IMG/VR virus record: IMGVR_UViG_3300022746_000034
Location: 1-42,994 of that record
Source: a virus
Lineage: Duplodnaviria > Caudoviricetes
Direction: 5' to 3' (one strand)
Length of the DNA stretch: 42,994 nt
This document shows, piece after piece, positions 32,501 through 40,648 of the stretch. The notes under the pieces are model-generated. The model saw only the letters and a list, made by a program, of their open reading frames with translations, did no database searches and was not told the origin of the DNA. How positions within the stretch are numbered: position 1 is the first letter of the stretch; every line of letters begins with the position of its first letter. Made by a program: the position numbers and the translations under genes.

Positions 32501-34432
32501 GCTTGATGCGCTTGTCGATGCGCTAGACGCGCTTGCTGCTGCGTTTGTGGCGCTGGTTGATGCGGCGCTTGCCGAAGCTGCTGCAGCGTTTTGGCTGACC
32601 AGTGCGGCAGCAGCAGAGGCTGCAGCGCTTGCAGTTGAGCCAAACAGTGTGGTGACGTATATCAGGCGGACGGCGTCGTTGTCAGTGGTTGGTGCGGCGA
32701 GGCCGGTCACCTTGTTGCCGCCCATTGCGATGTCGCCAGTCATTGTGCCGCCGGCCAAGTTCAGCTTGGCGGCCAAGCTTGTGTCCATCTGCGTCTTGGT
32801 GTAGGCGTCAGTGATGCCGTAACCAGACAAGGTGGTTGGGTTCGTGCCCGCGGTCACGCGACCGTAGACGTCGACTGTCAACAGCGAATAATTACCAGCG
32901 GTAACACCGGTGGTGGCCAAGTCAATGTTATCTGAGTTGACGACGATGCGAGCCGAGCTTGCTGTGCCGACGTCGAGCGTGTTGCCGGTCTTTGTCAGAC
33001 CTGCGCCGGGGTTGATCTGGCCAGCGCCAGAGAACTGCACCCAAGTGACAGCTGTCGATCCCAGCGTGCCGCCGGCAGCCACAGTACAGGTGTAGCCGTT
33101 GTTGCCGTTGGTCGTACCTTGCTCAACGAACACGAAAGCAGAGACAAGCTCGGCCCATGTGTCAGCGTCAGTGGTGCGGGTCCATGTGCTGGCCGACACC
33201 AAGTAGATGCCGTTGTTGGCGGCGGTCGATTGATCCTTGACCAGTACGCGGTCGCCAACGCTCAGCGCGATGCCGTCGACGGTCTGGGTTCCAGACAGTG
33301 TGATGTTGGCGGTGGTGGCAACGCGCACGGATGCCTTGGCATCCAGACCCTGCACGGCGGTGTCGACGTAGGCTTTGGTAGCCGCGTCTTGCGCAGCCGT
33401 TGGATCACCCAGTCCGGTGATCTTGTTCGTGCCCATGGCGATTGCGCCAGACATCGTGCCGCCAGCAAGGTTCAGCTTCAGCGCTAAACCGGTGTCGACG
33501 TAGCTCTTTGTCGTAGCGTCGCTTGATGCGGATGGTGCAGACAGGCCAGTGACAACCGCGCCGGTGACGGTGCCACCGCTGATGGTCTTGTTGGTCAGGG
33601 TTTGAGTGTCGGTCGTGCCAACGATTGCACCACTTGGGCCAGCGATGTTTTCCCACACGGTGTTCGCAGAGTTGCGACGCAGCATGTTGTTGGCCGCAAC
33701 GGAAGTGATCAGCACGTCATGCAACTCATCCAGCTCGAAGCCGTTGTTGATGTTGACGTAGATCATGCCTTGCGTAGCGTGTGAGCGAACGCACCATCCC
33801 AAGATCACGGTATGGTTTGGGGCAACTGGTCGAGTTGTCGTGATTCCTCCGGCAACTGTTGGCGACAAATACAAAATTGCGCCTTCTGTAAATGCAGATG
33901 TGTCGACCTGTCGGATCAAGCCAAACGTGGTGGCGAAACCTTCACCATGAGAGGCGGCTGGCTCTGTCATGATGGCAATCGTGGATGCAGAGTTTGCATC
34001 GCTGTCGCCCTTGGCCAGATCGGCGGTAAGGCGAGTACCTGACGAGCCGGTGATCTTCACAACCTGCATATCAACGAAGCCTGTTGCGGTCTCGTTGTAG
34101 ATTCGAACGTTTTGCTCTTGACCAAGTTGCAGCGTGACGTTGCCACCCTTAAGGCCAAGGTCAAGCGTGCCGTCTGTGTCGTTCCATGTCAATCGGCCCA
34201 CGGCGCCAGCAGCGATTGCTGTGGTGCTGAAGTCGACGTTCATCAACTTTGGGTCTGCGATCATCGCCGAGCCATCGGCGTTAATGCCGACAACCTTGTA
34301 ACCGTTACCTGCCAACGTTGGCAGCTTGTTGAAACCTGCAGTGACGAGGTCCAACTCCGCGCGCAAAGCAGCCGACGAGCCGGCAGAGTTTGGTGCGGGG
34401 TACGTATTGTGGTTGTAGAAACTGTTTGACAT
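29597..34432 (-). CDS. tail fibre / receptor-binding protein with ~14-aa NTAVGYQA repeats and C-terminal Peptidase_S74 chaperone
   Basis: Many N-T-A-x-G-Y-Q-A/S repeats, SDRRLKKNI cleavage motif, GVIAQE, terminal coiled coil. Confidence 0.9.
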   Translation of the reverse strand: MSNSFYNHNTYPAPNSAGSSAALRAELDLVTAGFNKLPTLAGNGYKVVGINADGSAMIADPKLMNVDFSTTAIAAGAVGRLTWNDTDGTLDLGLKGGNVTLQLGQEQNVRIYNETATGFVDMQVVKITGSSGTRLTADLAKGDSDANSASTIAIMTEPAASHGEGFATTFGLIRQVDTSAFTEGAILYLSPTVAGGITTTRPVAPNHTVILGWCVRSHATQGMIYVNINNGFELDELHDVLITSVAANNMLRRNSANTVWENIAGPSGAIVGTTDTQTLTNKTISGGTVTGAVVTGLSAPSASSDATTKSYVDTGLALKLNLAGGTMSGAIAMGTNKITGLGDPTAAQDAATKAYVDTAVQGLDAKASVRVATTANITLSGTQTVDGIALSVGDRVLVKDQSTAANNGIYLVSASTWTRTTDADTWAELVSAFVFVEQGTTNGNNGYTCTVAAGGTLGSTAVTWVQFSGAGQINPGAGLTKTGNTLDVGTASSARIVVNSDNIDLATTGVTAGNYSLLTVDVYGRVTAGTNPTTLSGYGITDAYTKTQMDTSLAAKLNLAGGTMTGDIAMGGNKVTGLAAPTTDNDAVRLIYVTTLFGSTASAAASAAAALVSQNAAAASASAASTSATNAAASASSASTSASSASSSATAAASSATSALSSLNSFVSQYYGPLATNPALDPLGAAVTIGDLYFNTATPEMRVYNGSAWVSASTIGGTVASINVTGATTLGGSVTLSAGTANGVSYLNGSKVLTTGSALTFDGAILGVNGVSVGRGAGGVATNTAVGASALAGSNSGAGLNTGLGYQALQSNTTGGYNTATGVNSVQSTTTGSYNNGFGTQTLQNNTTGNYNTALGSAALASNTTASTNTAVGYQSLYTNATGSRVTAVGYQAGYTNAVVSANAFNTYLGYQSGYYDATGIHNTFLGYASGPNTTANASGAYNTAIGSLSGAALTTGANNTALGYQSLVSNTTASNNTAVGYQAAYANTTGTGNVALGNVALLSNTTANENVAVGYGALQSNTTGSRQVAIGSGALSSVTTNGNSSVAIGWHSGVNTSTGSVTAVGYYTLQANTTGASNVALGNAALSGNSTGSYNVGIADLALSGIGTGSYNIGIGHQTMYNMGGAANNNVAIGYQAMYYNSVPGTPSNNVALGNYALTTVTGSNNVGVGHSALANNTSASNNTAVGYQAGYSNVTGANITAVGMQALRSNTGDSNTAVGYAALYTNTSGIQNSAFGTDALVSNTTGNYNTALGYFSLGANTTASNNTAVGYQAMYSNTTGTYNASLGYQSLYSATTSNYSTALGYRAAYNTTTQVITAIGSLAGFSNTTGAGNLAVGTLALYYNTTGADNTALGSYDTNSGVDAALYNNTTGSYNVAVGTSALKSNTTASNNTAVGYQAGYANTTGVGHTLLGYQAGKDVTTGNYNICIGQGSAPGLTSGYWGVYIGSYATPSSASVGYEMVITSSNVTKTGKGAATAFITADGGSIYNGGNTTTWSTTSDRRLKKNIVDNNVGLEKIMGIRVRNFEYRLPEEVDPELKPIDAVELKGVQLGVIAQELAEVLPDCVHTESTGVHAVSADNMKWYMINAIKELKSELDSVKAELATLKGN

Positions 34433-36486
34433 TATCGAAGTCCTCGTCGCATTGAATAGTGAACAATGACGCTGTTCACCGTAAAAGGTTTAATGATTGC
34501 CGACACCGATGAGAGCTGGATCGCCAAGTTCTCGGCAGTACCCATCACCTCAATCTCCGAAGGCGCAATGTCGCGTCCGTCCCAAACAAAGTTGTCCCAC
34601 GTCATCTCGTCCCAGTAGCTTGATCGCAAGTCGTTCGTGTAGACAGCACCGGATGCCTGCTCAAGCTCGACTGAGCGATAGCCCAGATCGTAGCCAAAAG
34701 CGATCTCGGCATACGAGTCACCAGTCATCTCGACGCTGGCCTTACGGTAGCGCTTTAATATGCGTGGCGACTTGATGCTGTTGTAGACCAAATTGATGTT
34801 TGCAGGGATGGCGGCGCCATCGAATGATGTGCCGGCGTCAAGGCGGTAGACAAATCCGTTGGTCGAGCCAAAGAACGATGTCGACGAGCCGTCTGGTGTC
34901 TCGCCCTCCACGCAGCACGTTGCCGCGTTGGGGAACTGCACAGGCATGGAGCCAAGCACCTTGCTGCCGGTAAACGTCATGTACAGCGCAGTGCCGTCGC
35001 TGAAGAAGATTCGGTACTGACCCTTCTCGCGGTTGAGCACGCTGGCCGTGGCCAAGTTGCGACGCTGCTGCACGAATGGTCGGATGCGCAAGGTCAGCGC
35101 GTTGGACTCGAAGTTGCCGTAGTTCAGCGACGTGTTCATGTTCATGACACCACGGTCGTCGAGCACGTAGGCTTGGTCCATGTTCTGCGCGGTGTACGGC
35201 AGGCCGCCAGTTCCGCTGTTGAACGTCGACAGCTGGAACGTCTCGGAACTTGTGCCGTACAGAACGTTTGTGTCGTTGCGCGTGTACACGCCCAAGGCGC
35301 CAGTGGTCTGGTTGCCCGGCAGAATCAGCAGGTTGGTGATCGGGCCGTTGAGCGAAATCTCTCCGGCACCAAGCAGTGGCGTCCACTTGTAGGGCTCGCC
35401 GATGCCAGAGAACTGCAGTGACTCGTTGAACGCGAAGAACAAGTGGTTCTTGTGCACAGCCATGCGGGTTGGGACGTCGACCGCCATGCCGGTGTTGATT
35501 GGGACGTAGACCGTGCCGTCAAACTCGAAGCCGCGGTTCTTGCCGTCACATCCGTAAATCTTGGTGTTGGCCGTGCCGCCACCGAAATTGCCGATCTGAG
35601 ACTCGACACGCCCGCTTGGCAGCAGGGTGATGGCAGAGCTTGTGCCGTTGGCCACAGCCTTGTTGACCGTGCTGACGCGAATCACTTCGTTGTCGATGAA
35701 CGTGCCCACCACCGCGGACAAGATGAAGCGGCCGGCGGCGTTCGATGTGGACCACGCGCCAGTCTCGAGCACGACGCGAGAAACCAAGGCCGATGCGCCG
35801 CTGGTCAAACCGTTGATGGTCTGGCCCTCAAACACCTCAGCGCTGCCGGCATCGAACTTTATCTCGTAGCCCAAGGCCACCTGCACCCATCCGGATGAGG
35901 TTGACTTGTAGAGGTTGGCAGCCGTCGCGCCGACGTTGTTGCGCCAAGCATAGACAGTGCCGTTGAAGTACGAAACGCCTAGAACGCTGCCAGAGCCCGG
36001 AACGGCCGAGATGGACGTGCGGTATTCATCGGCCGCGATACCCCTGTAGGTGGCGTCAACAACCGCGCTGGGCGCGATTCCGTTGACCGACACGATTGTG
36101 CCGACGTTGGTGGCGCCCACGCGGATGGTCTCGCCGTTCTGGTAGAACGATGTTTCGCGAGTCATCACCAAGTTGGAGCCATCGATGTAGATGACCTTGC
36201 CGGTGTTGCCCGATGTTACGCCCGTAACGGTATTGCCAACCGCCACCGTGCCGGTGATGTTGCAGGCAAGAATGTTGTAGGTCGCGTCCGATGGGTTGGC
36301 GTGGCCGTCAAAGCGCTCGTACCCAGCGATGCGTGTGTAGCCGCCGTTGATTGAGCACTCGAAGTTTGATGCGCGACGCGCGAAGCCGGGTGGCAAAGAC
36401 AGCGTCGGGGTTACTTGATCAAGACCACCGCCGAGGTGGATGAGTTCGTAGTTGACCTTGGGAAGATTGACTGGCCGATTGGTCAT
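34432..36486 (-). CDS. tail nozzle / head-stabilisation protein (tail tubular B or P22 gp10-like)
   Basis: 684 aa, beta-rich, between adaptor and fibre. Confidence 0.7.
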   Translation of the reverse strand: MTNRPVNLPKVNYELIHLGGGLDQVTPTLSLPPGFARRASNFECSINGGYTRIAGYERFDGHANPSDATYNILACNITGTVAVGNTVTGVTSGNTGKVIYIDGSNLVMTRETSFYQNGETIRVGATNVGTIVSVNGIAPSAVVDATYRGIAADEYRTSISAVPGSGSVLGVSYFNGTVYAWRNNVGATAANLYKSTSSGWVQVALGYEIKFDAGSAEVFEGQTINGLTSGASALVSRVVLETGAWSTSNAAGRFILSAVVGTFIDNEVIRVSTVNKAVANGTSSAITLLPSGRVESQIGNFGGGTANTKIYGCDGKNRGFEFDGTVYVPINTGMAVDVPTRMAVHKNHLFFAFNESLQFSGIGEPYKWTPLLGAGEISLNGPITNLLILPGNQTTGALGVYTRNDTNVLYGTSSETFQLSTFNSGTGGLPYTAQNMDQAYVLDDRGVMNMNTSLNYGNFESNALTLRIRPFVQQRRNLATASVLNREKGQYRIFFSDGTALYMTFTGSKVLGSMPVQFPNAATCCVEGETPDGSSTSFFGSTNGFVYRLDAGTSFDGAAIPANINLVYNSIKSPRILKRYRKASVEMTGDSYAEIAFGYDLGYRSVELEQASGAVYTNDLRSSYWDEMTWDNFVWDGRDIAPSEIEVMGTAENLAIQLSSVSAIIKPFTVNSVIVHYSMRRGLR

Positions 36487-36494
36487 GTCAGTCC

Positions 36495-37193
36495 TTACGC
36501 CAATGGGTTACCGAGGGAGACTTCGGGCAGCCATTCGCGCTCGAGCTGGGCCATCAAGGAGGCCTCGCCGCGTTCGCCGCGTGCCATCACTTCGGCTGCC
36601 GATTCGTAGAGGCCGTAAAACTGCATCGCCTTGTAGACGAGGACTTTGTGCAAATGGACAGGCAAACCAGTTGGCAGGTCAGTGTCGGCCGCCATCGAGG
36701 ACGGCAGGCGCTGGAACTCGCCGGTCATGGTGTAGATGGTGTTTGGGATTTGGCCAAGCATCATCGCCTTCTCCGTTGGATGAATGGCGAACACCACAGG
36801 GCGGCCGCTCACCTGCGCGTTGTAGCGATAGGTGTTGCGAAAGACTTGGTATTCCCATTCAACCAACCACTGCTCATCGTAGATCCCGATGTCAGTGCGA
36901 TAGGAGCGCACCGTCTCTTTCCACCAGTAGCGCAGATCAGTCATTGGCAAGCCAGTGAGATCGTTCACGGTGGTGAATGGTGCGTAGTCGCCTTGCTCGG
37001 CGACCGTCTGGTAGCTGAATGGTATACGCATCCAGCCCCAGTTGTCATACATGCCTTGAAGCTCGAGCCAAGCATCGTTGATGTAGGTGGAAAGGCGTGC
37101 TGCCTCACCAGTCTGATTAACGACCGACACCGGACCTGCGCCGGGTATGCCGCACTCTTGGCGCAGCATCTTGGTTAGCTCAAGGTAGTTCAT
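36495..37193 (-). CDS. head-to-tail adaptor (tail tubular A-like)
   Basis: MNYLEL...INDAW-x-ELQ...W-x-WMR and P-x-H-L-H-x-x-L-V-Y-x-A pattern; position. Confidence 0.7.
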   Translation of the reverse strand: MNYLELTKMLRQECGIPGAGPVSVVNQTGEAARLSTYINDAWLELQGMYDNWGWMRIPFSYQTVAEQGDYAPFTTVNDLTGLPMTDLRYWWKETVRSYRTDIGIYDEQWLVEWEYQVFRNTYRYNAQVSGRPVVFAIHPTEKAMMLGQIPNTIYTMTGEFQRLPSSMAADTDLPTGLPVHLHKVLVYKAMQFYGLYESAAEVMARGERGEASLMAQLEREWLPEVSLGNPLA

Positions 37194-37196
37194 GTT

Positions 37197-37691
37197 TTAT
37201 GCAGGTGTTTGCAAGAGTTGACGAAGCCAAGGTGCGCCCTGCTTTGGACGAGGGTCGTGCATCACTTGGAAGGGGTAGGTCAACGATAAAACGTTTTCCT
37301 CAGCGAAGCCCATGCTGCCATCGGGGTTCACAATCTTTCGTTGACGCAGGCGTGATTGCTTGGCGGTAGCCAACACAGCCACGTGGTAACGACGGAGCTT
37401 AGCTTCATTGCCGCGGACCACCAATTTGTAGTCGCCGTTGACGTTGATCTCAACGAAGGCAGGATCGTTCTCGTTGTTGGGCTCTTGCACAAACACTGTC
37501 AGCTCGTCACGCATGAAGTCTTCTTGGTCGATTGTATCGGTGCTGATAACTCGGTCGGTGTCGATCTCGACGCCGCGTGCATTCTTTGCCTCTTCGACTG
37601 ACTGGACTGGATTGACGATGTCGACATTCTGAGAATCGACTGTAGCTTTACGCTCGTAGGTTGTGGGTTTCGATGACATGATGGTCTCCAT
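37197..37691 (-). CDS. hypothetical virion-module protein (164 aa)
   Basis: ORF track; start could be the second Met. Confidence 0.7.
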   Translation of the reverse strand: METIMSSKPTTYERKATVDSQNVDIVNPVQSVEEAKNARGVEIDTDRVISTDTIDQEDFMRDELTVFVQEPNNENDPAFVEINVNGDYKLVVRGNEAKLRRYHVAVLATAKQSRLRQRKIVNPDGSMGFAEENVLSLTYPFQVMHDPRPKQGAPWLRQLLQTPA

Positions 37692-37737
37692 GGATTAAGG
37701 GGGTGGCACCCACCCGAAGGTGAGTGCCGGACTGCTA

Positions 37738-38250
37738 TTAAGCGGTCAATGGGTTGGACGGGATGTCGGCCAAGTCGTAGTAAGTACCAGTCACGCCAGT
37801 GGCTGACAAGTCAACAGCACCGGGAGTGAAGTTGGTTCCAGCAGTCACAGAGACGCGCAAGGCGCCAAATGGGCAAACGCCTTTAGGTGCATCAGGGAAT
37901 TCCAATGCAACGCGGCCGGCGGCCAATTCTGCGTTGTCAACAATCTTGCCGGGCAAGATCGACACAGCGCCAGCAGCATCCAAGAACAAGCTATAGATGC
38001 GAGTGGAACCGTTGACGCCACCAGAGAAGCCACCGTTGACGGCTTGAATGCCACCAGCAGCTGCTTGATACACAACAGCACCGGAGTAGCTGATTGCGAT
38101 GTTGTCGGTAGCTGCCTTCGAATAGAAACGGCCATCGAGAACATAGGTGATTGTGTTCACGGTTTTGATTGTGTTTGCGTTTGTGCCTTCGGCCAAACCG
38201 CCTGCGGACAACGCGAGGGTTGCACCTTGGGTGAGAGATAAGTTATCCAT
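37738..38250 (-). CDS. putative capsid decoration / structural protein (170 aa)
   Basis: Directly downstream of the MCP; AAGGA RBS; Gly/Ala/Thr beta-rich. Confidence 0.6.
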   Translation of the reverse strand: MDNLSLTQGATLALSAGGLAEGTNANTIKTVNTITYVLDGRFYSKAATDNIAISYSGAVVYQAAAGGIQAVNGGFSGGVNGSTRIYSLFLDAAGAVSILPGKIVDNAELAAGRVALEFPDAPKGVCPFGALRVSVTAGTNFTPGAVDLSATGVTGTYYDLADIPSNPLTA

Positions 38251-38286
38251 TTGGAATTTTCCTTAAAGAGTTACGGGGGAAGGAGA

Positions 38287-38302
38287 GAGGGCCGAAGCCC
38301 TC
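38287..38302 (-). terminator. TTCG-loop hairpin after the MCP (weak terminator or stabiliser); a similar hairpin lies at 37705-37728
   Basis: GAGGGC-TTCG-GCCCTC on the - strand followed by a pyrimidine run. Confidence 0.5.
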
Positions 38303-38307
38303 AATCA

Positions 38308-39354
38308 TCACAGACCAGAGGCTGCCACTTCAACGCGGACCATCCAGTTTTCGTTCAAACGCACAGCGTTCTTCCAGAAGTTGGCGCCGACGTACCCAAA
38401 TTGTCCCATTGGGTTAGCGTGGGTGATTGTCTTCGCGGGCAAGTAGATTGGTTGAATGGCGTTTTGGCCCTTCAATGCAACTTGACCCCAAGCTTCTTGG
38501 CCGATGACCATGATTGGGTACACGTCAGCGGTAGTGCCAGTGGTGCCACCGTTAGACAAGAAAGCGCCTGCAGTCACAGTGCCACCAGCAGCCAAGAATG
38601 GCTTGAAGTAAGGCGATGTGATGATGCGGAAACGCTCAACAGTACCAATCTCGCGCTCGTGCACAGGCTTTTGCGAACCGTACTTGGCAACTGGTGTGAA
38701 CACGGTCACGCCGGCCACAGTCAAGTTACGGAAGTCGGCTTCCAAGTCGGTGTGGATGAACACCAAGTAGCCGGGTTCGATAGCGTGTGTGTCGAAGTTC
38801 ACGCTTGCAGACAGACGCTCAGTCACGAGTTGTGCGTGTGCGCTTTCCAATTGACGAGCAGCTTGACGCAGCTTGTTGATTGTCACTGCAGTGTTCACAG
38901 CGCTACGCACTGTGCCGTTTGCGAACACGACGTTTGTACCGCCGCGGACCACACCGTAAGAGATCAACTCTTCCAATGTACCCATGTGCTCACCAACCAG
39001 CTTGACCATGTCAGCAGGGATGTCGTCTTCGTACAAAGACTCAGCTTTGCTGGAGATTTTCATCAGCACGCCGTACTGTTGCAAAGTCACTTGCACGTCT
39101 TGATACGTGATAGTGCGAGCAGCAGGGGTCACGCCTTCTTGCATCAAGTAGTTGCTTGCGGTGACGTTAGGAGCGCCGTTTGTGCCAGCGTCGATAGGCA
39201 AAGCGCGACGGAACACCACGGTGTCAGTCTTGTTTTGCGGGACTTGTTTTTGCGAACCGAAGGTCGACAAAACTTTGATGGGCATGGCGTGCTTGAGCAT
39301 TTCGCGCTCGGCCATGATGAGGTTCCGGCTGGGAACTAAGGAATAGGTTTGCAT
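38308..39354 (-). CDS. major capsid protein, N4-gp56 family
   Basis: EGVTP...LQQYG, EIGTVERFRII, NPMGQFGYVG, RLNENWMVRVE; follows scaffold. Confidence 0.9.
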   Translation of the reverse strand: MQTYSLVPSRNLIMAEREMLKHAMPIKVLSTFGSQKQVPQNKTDTVVFRRALPIDAGTNGAPNVTASNYLMQEGVTPAARTITYQDVQVTLQQYGVLMKISSKAESLYEDDIPADMVKLVGEHMGTLEELISYGVVRGGTNVVFANGTVRSAVNTAVTINKLRQAARQLESAHAQLVTERLSASVNFDTHAIEPGYLVFIHTDLEADFRNLTVAGVTVFTPVAKYGSQKPVHEREIGTVERFRIITSPYFKPFLAAGGTVTAGAFLSNGGTTGTTADVYPIMVIGQEAWGQVALKGQNAIQPIYLPAKTITHANPMGQFGYVGANFWKNAVRLNENWMVRVEVAASGL

Positions 39355-39356
39355 GG

Positions 39357-40250
39357 TTATTTACCTTTTTGCTTGTCAATTTCGTCGAGATAGCGCCAAT
39401 ATTCCTGTGGCGTCATATCCTCGACCGCTTTGGTTCGAATTGACGAACCGCTGCGGCCCGTTGGGATAGCCGCCGCAGAGCTAAGGCGCTGCGTTTTGTT
39501 TTGTGACGCTACCGAGTTGATGGCTTCGGAGTGCAGGTCTAGCAGTCGTACTGCGTCTTGCGGGCTTTCGCTCGCCGCAAGCATTTGCACCTCGCGTTGC
39601 TGGCGTTGAAGCCAGCCCATAAATTCGGGCGTCCGTACACGATCTTGCCAACCCGGATGTTTAGCTTCCACCGCCAGCTCTGAACGCATTTGAGCAATCT
39701 CTTCGTGGCTGACGCCACCTTTTTGATTTTCAAGCAGCGCTTTGAAGCGTTGCTCTTGCTCTTGAAGTTGCTGTTTTAAGGCGCCTTCCATTGCGTCCGC
39801 GAACTCTGGGTAGTCGCGTTTCAGTTTGGCCATTGCCTCTGGATCAGACTGCGCCTGTCGGACTTCGTCCTGACTGGGTGCGTCGCCACCTTGGCTGGCA
39901 ACTTGTTTGGCCACCTGTTGCTGTTGCTTCAGTTGACTGCCCAAGCCACCGATGTGACCTTCTGCATTCCGAAGACGTTGCGTAACTTGGCCGAGCATGC
40001 TCTCCAAGCCAGCGATTTTGTCCATCAACGATTGCTCTTGGCTCACATGATCAGAGTCGCCTTGTGCATCGGCCTTGTCGGCGGGTGCGGCTTCTTGCTG
40101 GTCTGTTTGCTGTTGCGAATCCGATGACTCAGTTTCCTGAGTTCCCGCTGCTTTGTCGTCCGGCAATGCCTTGCCAGATTCCTCTGCGTCGAGCTGGTCC
40201 CAAATCTTCTGGGCTTCGTCTTGTGGGTTGGTTTGTTCCTGTACTTGCAT
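39357..40250 (-). CDS. scaffolding protein
   Basis: Acidic/coiled-coil ORF immediately upstream of the MCP. Confidence 0.7.
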   Translation of the reverse strand: MQVQEQTNPQDEAQKIWDQLDAEESGKALPDDKAAGTQETESSDSQQQTDQQEAAPADKADAQGDSDHVSQEQSLMDKIAGLESMLGQVTQRLRNAEGHIGGLGSQLKQQQQVAKQVASQGGDAPSQDEVRQAQSDPEAMAKLKRDYPEFADAMEGALKQQLQEQEQRFKALLENQKGGVSHEEIAQMRSELAVEAKHPGWQDRVRTPEFMGWLQRQQREVQMLAASESPQDAVRLLDLHSEAINSVASQNKTQRLSSAAAIPTGRSGSSIRTKAVEDMTPQEYWRYLDEIDKQKGK

Positions 40251-40274
40251 GGGTTGTCGTCTCACTTGTCACCC

Positions 40275-40508
40275 TTACGGGCGGGTAGTGTCAGCGCCGG
40301 TTAATTCATCGGGGCTAACTGCTGGTCCCGCGCTTGCATCTTCTGCAAGGGCGAGGATCTTTTTCAACTCCTTGATGCCACCACGCACCGAGGATGTTTT
40401 CTCAGGACTCATTTCTGAGTCGTTGAGCTTTCGTAACTCGTCGATCCGTCCCTCAACAAGTTGCGAAAGCCGCTTCCAGCACTGGGTGTGGAAATCTTCA
40501 AATTTCAA
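40275..40508 (-). CDS. small protein between portal and scaffold (77 aa, TTG start)
   Basis: GGAGA RBS; RGGIKELKKIL motif; position typical for podoviruses. Confidence 0.7.
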   Translation of the reverse strand: MKFEDFHTQCWKRLSQLVEGRIDELRKLNDSEMSPEKTSSVRGGIKELKKILALAEDASAGPAVSPDELTGADTTRP

Positions 40509-40520
40509 TGTCGTCTCCGG

Positions 40521-40555
40521 AAAAAGAAAAGGCGCCCTTTTTTAAGGGGCGCCTT
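40521..40555 (-). terminator. intrinsic terminator between portal and capsid operon
   Basis: AAGGCGCCC...GGGCGCCTT hairpin followed by TTCTTTTT. Confidence 0.7.
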
Positions 40556-40615
40556 AATCAATGGCTCATGAAAAAACCGGCTGGGCCTGCATCAAAAGAC
40601 ACTGACCCGGAGCGG

Positions 40616-40644
40616 AATATACAACAGTTTCAAACCCGGTGCAA
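40616..40644 (-). promoter_or_regulatory. putative sigma70-type late promoter for the capsid operon
   Basis: TTGCAC-17-TATATT followed by CCGCTCCGG. Confidence 0.55.
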
Positions 40645-40648
40645 GACA

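Noticed and set aside
29597-34432. Diversity-generating retroelement or invertible cassette at the tail fibre
   Set aside because: No reverse transcriptase, invertase or adenine-specific TR/VR pair seen; repeats reflect the protein repeat structure
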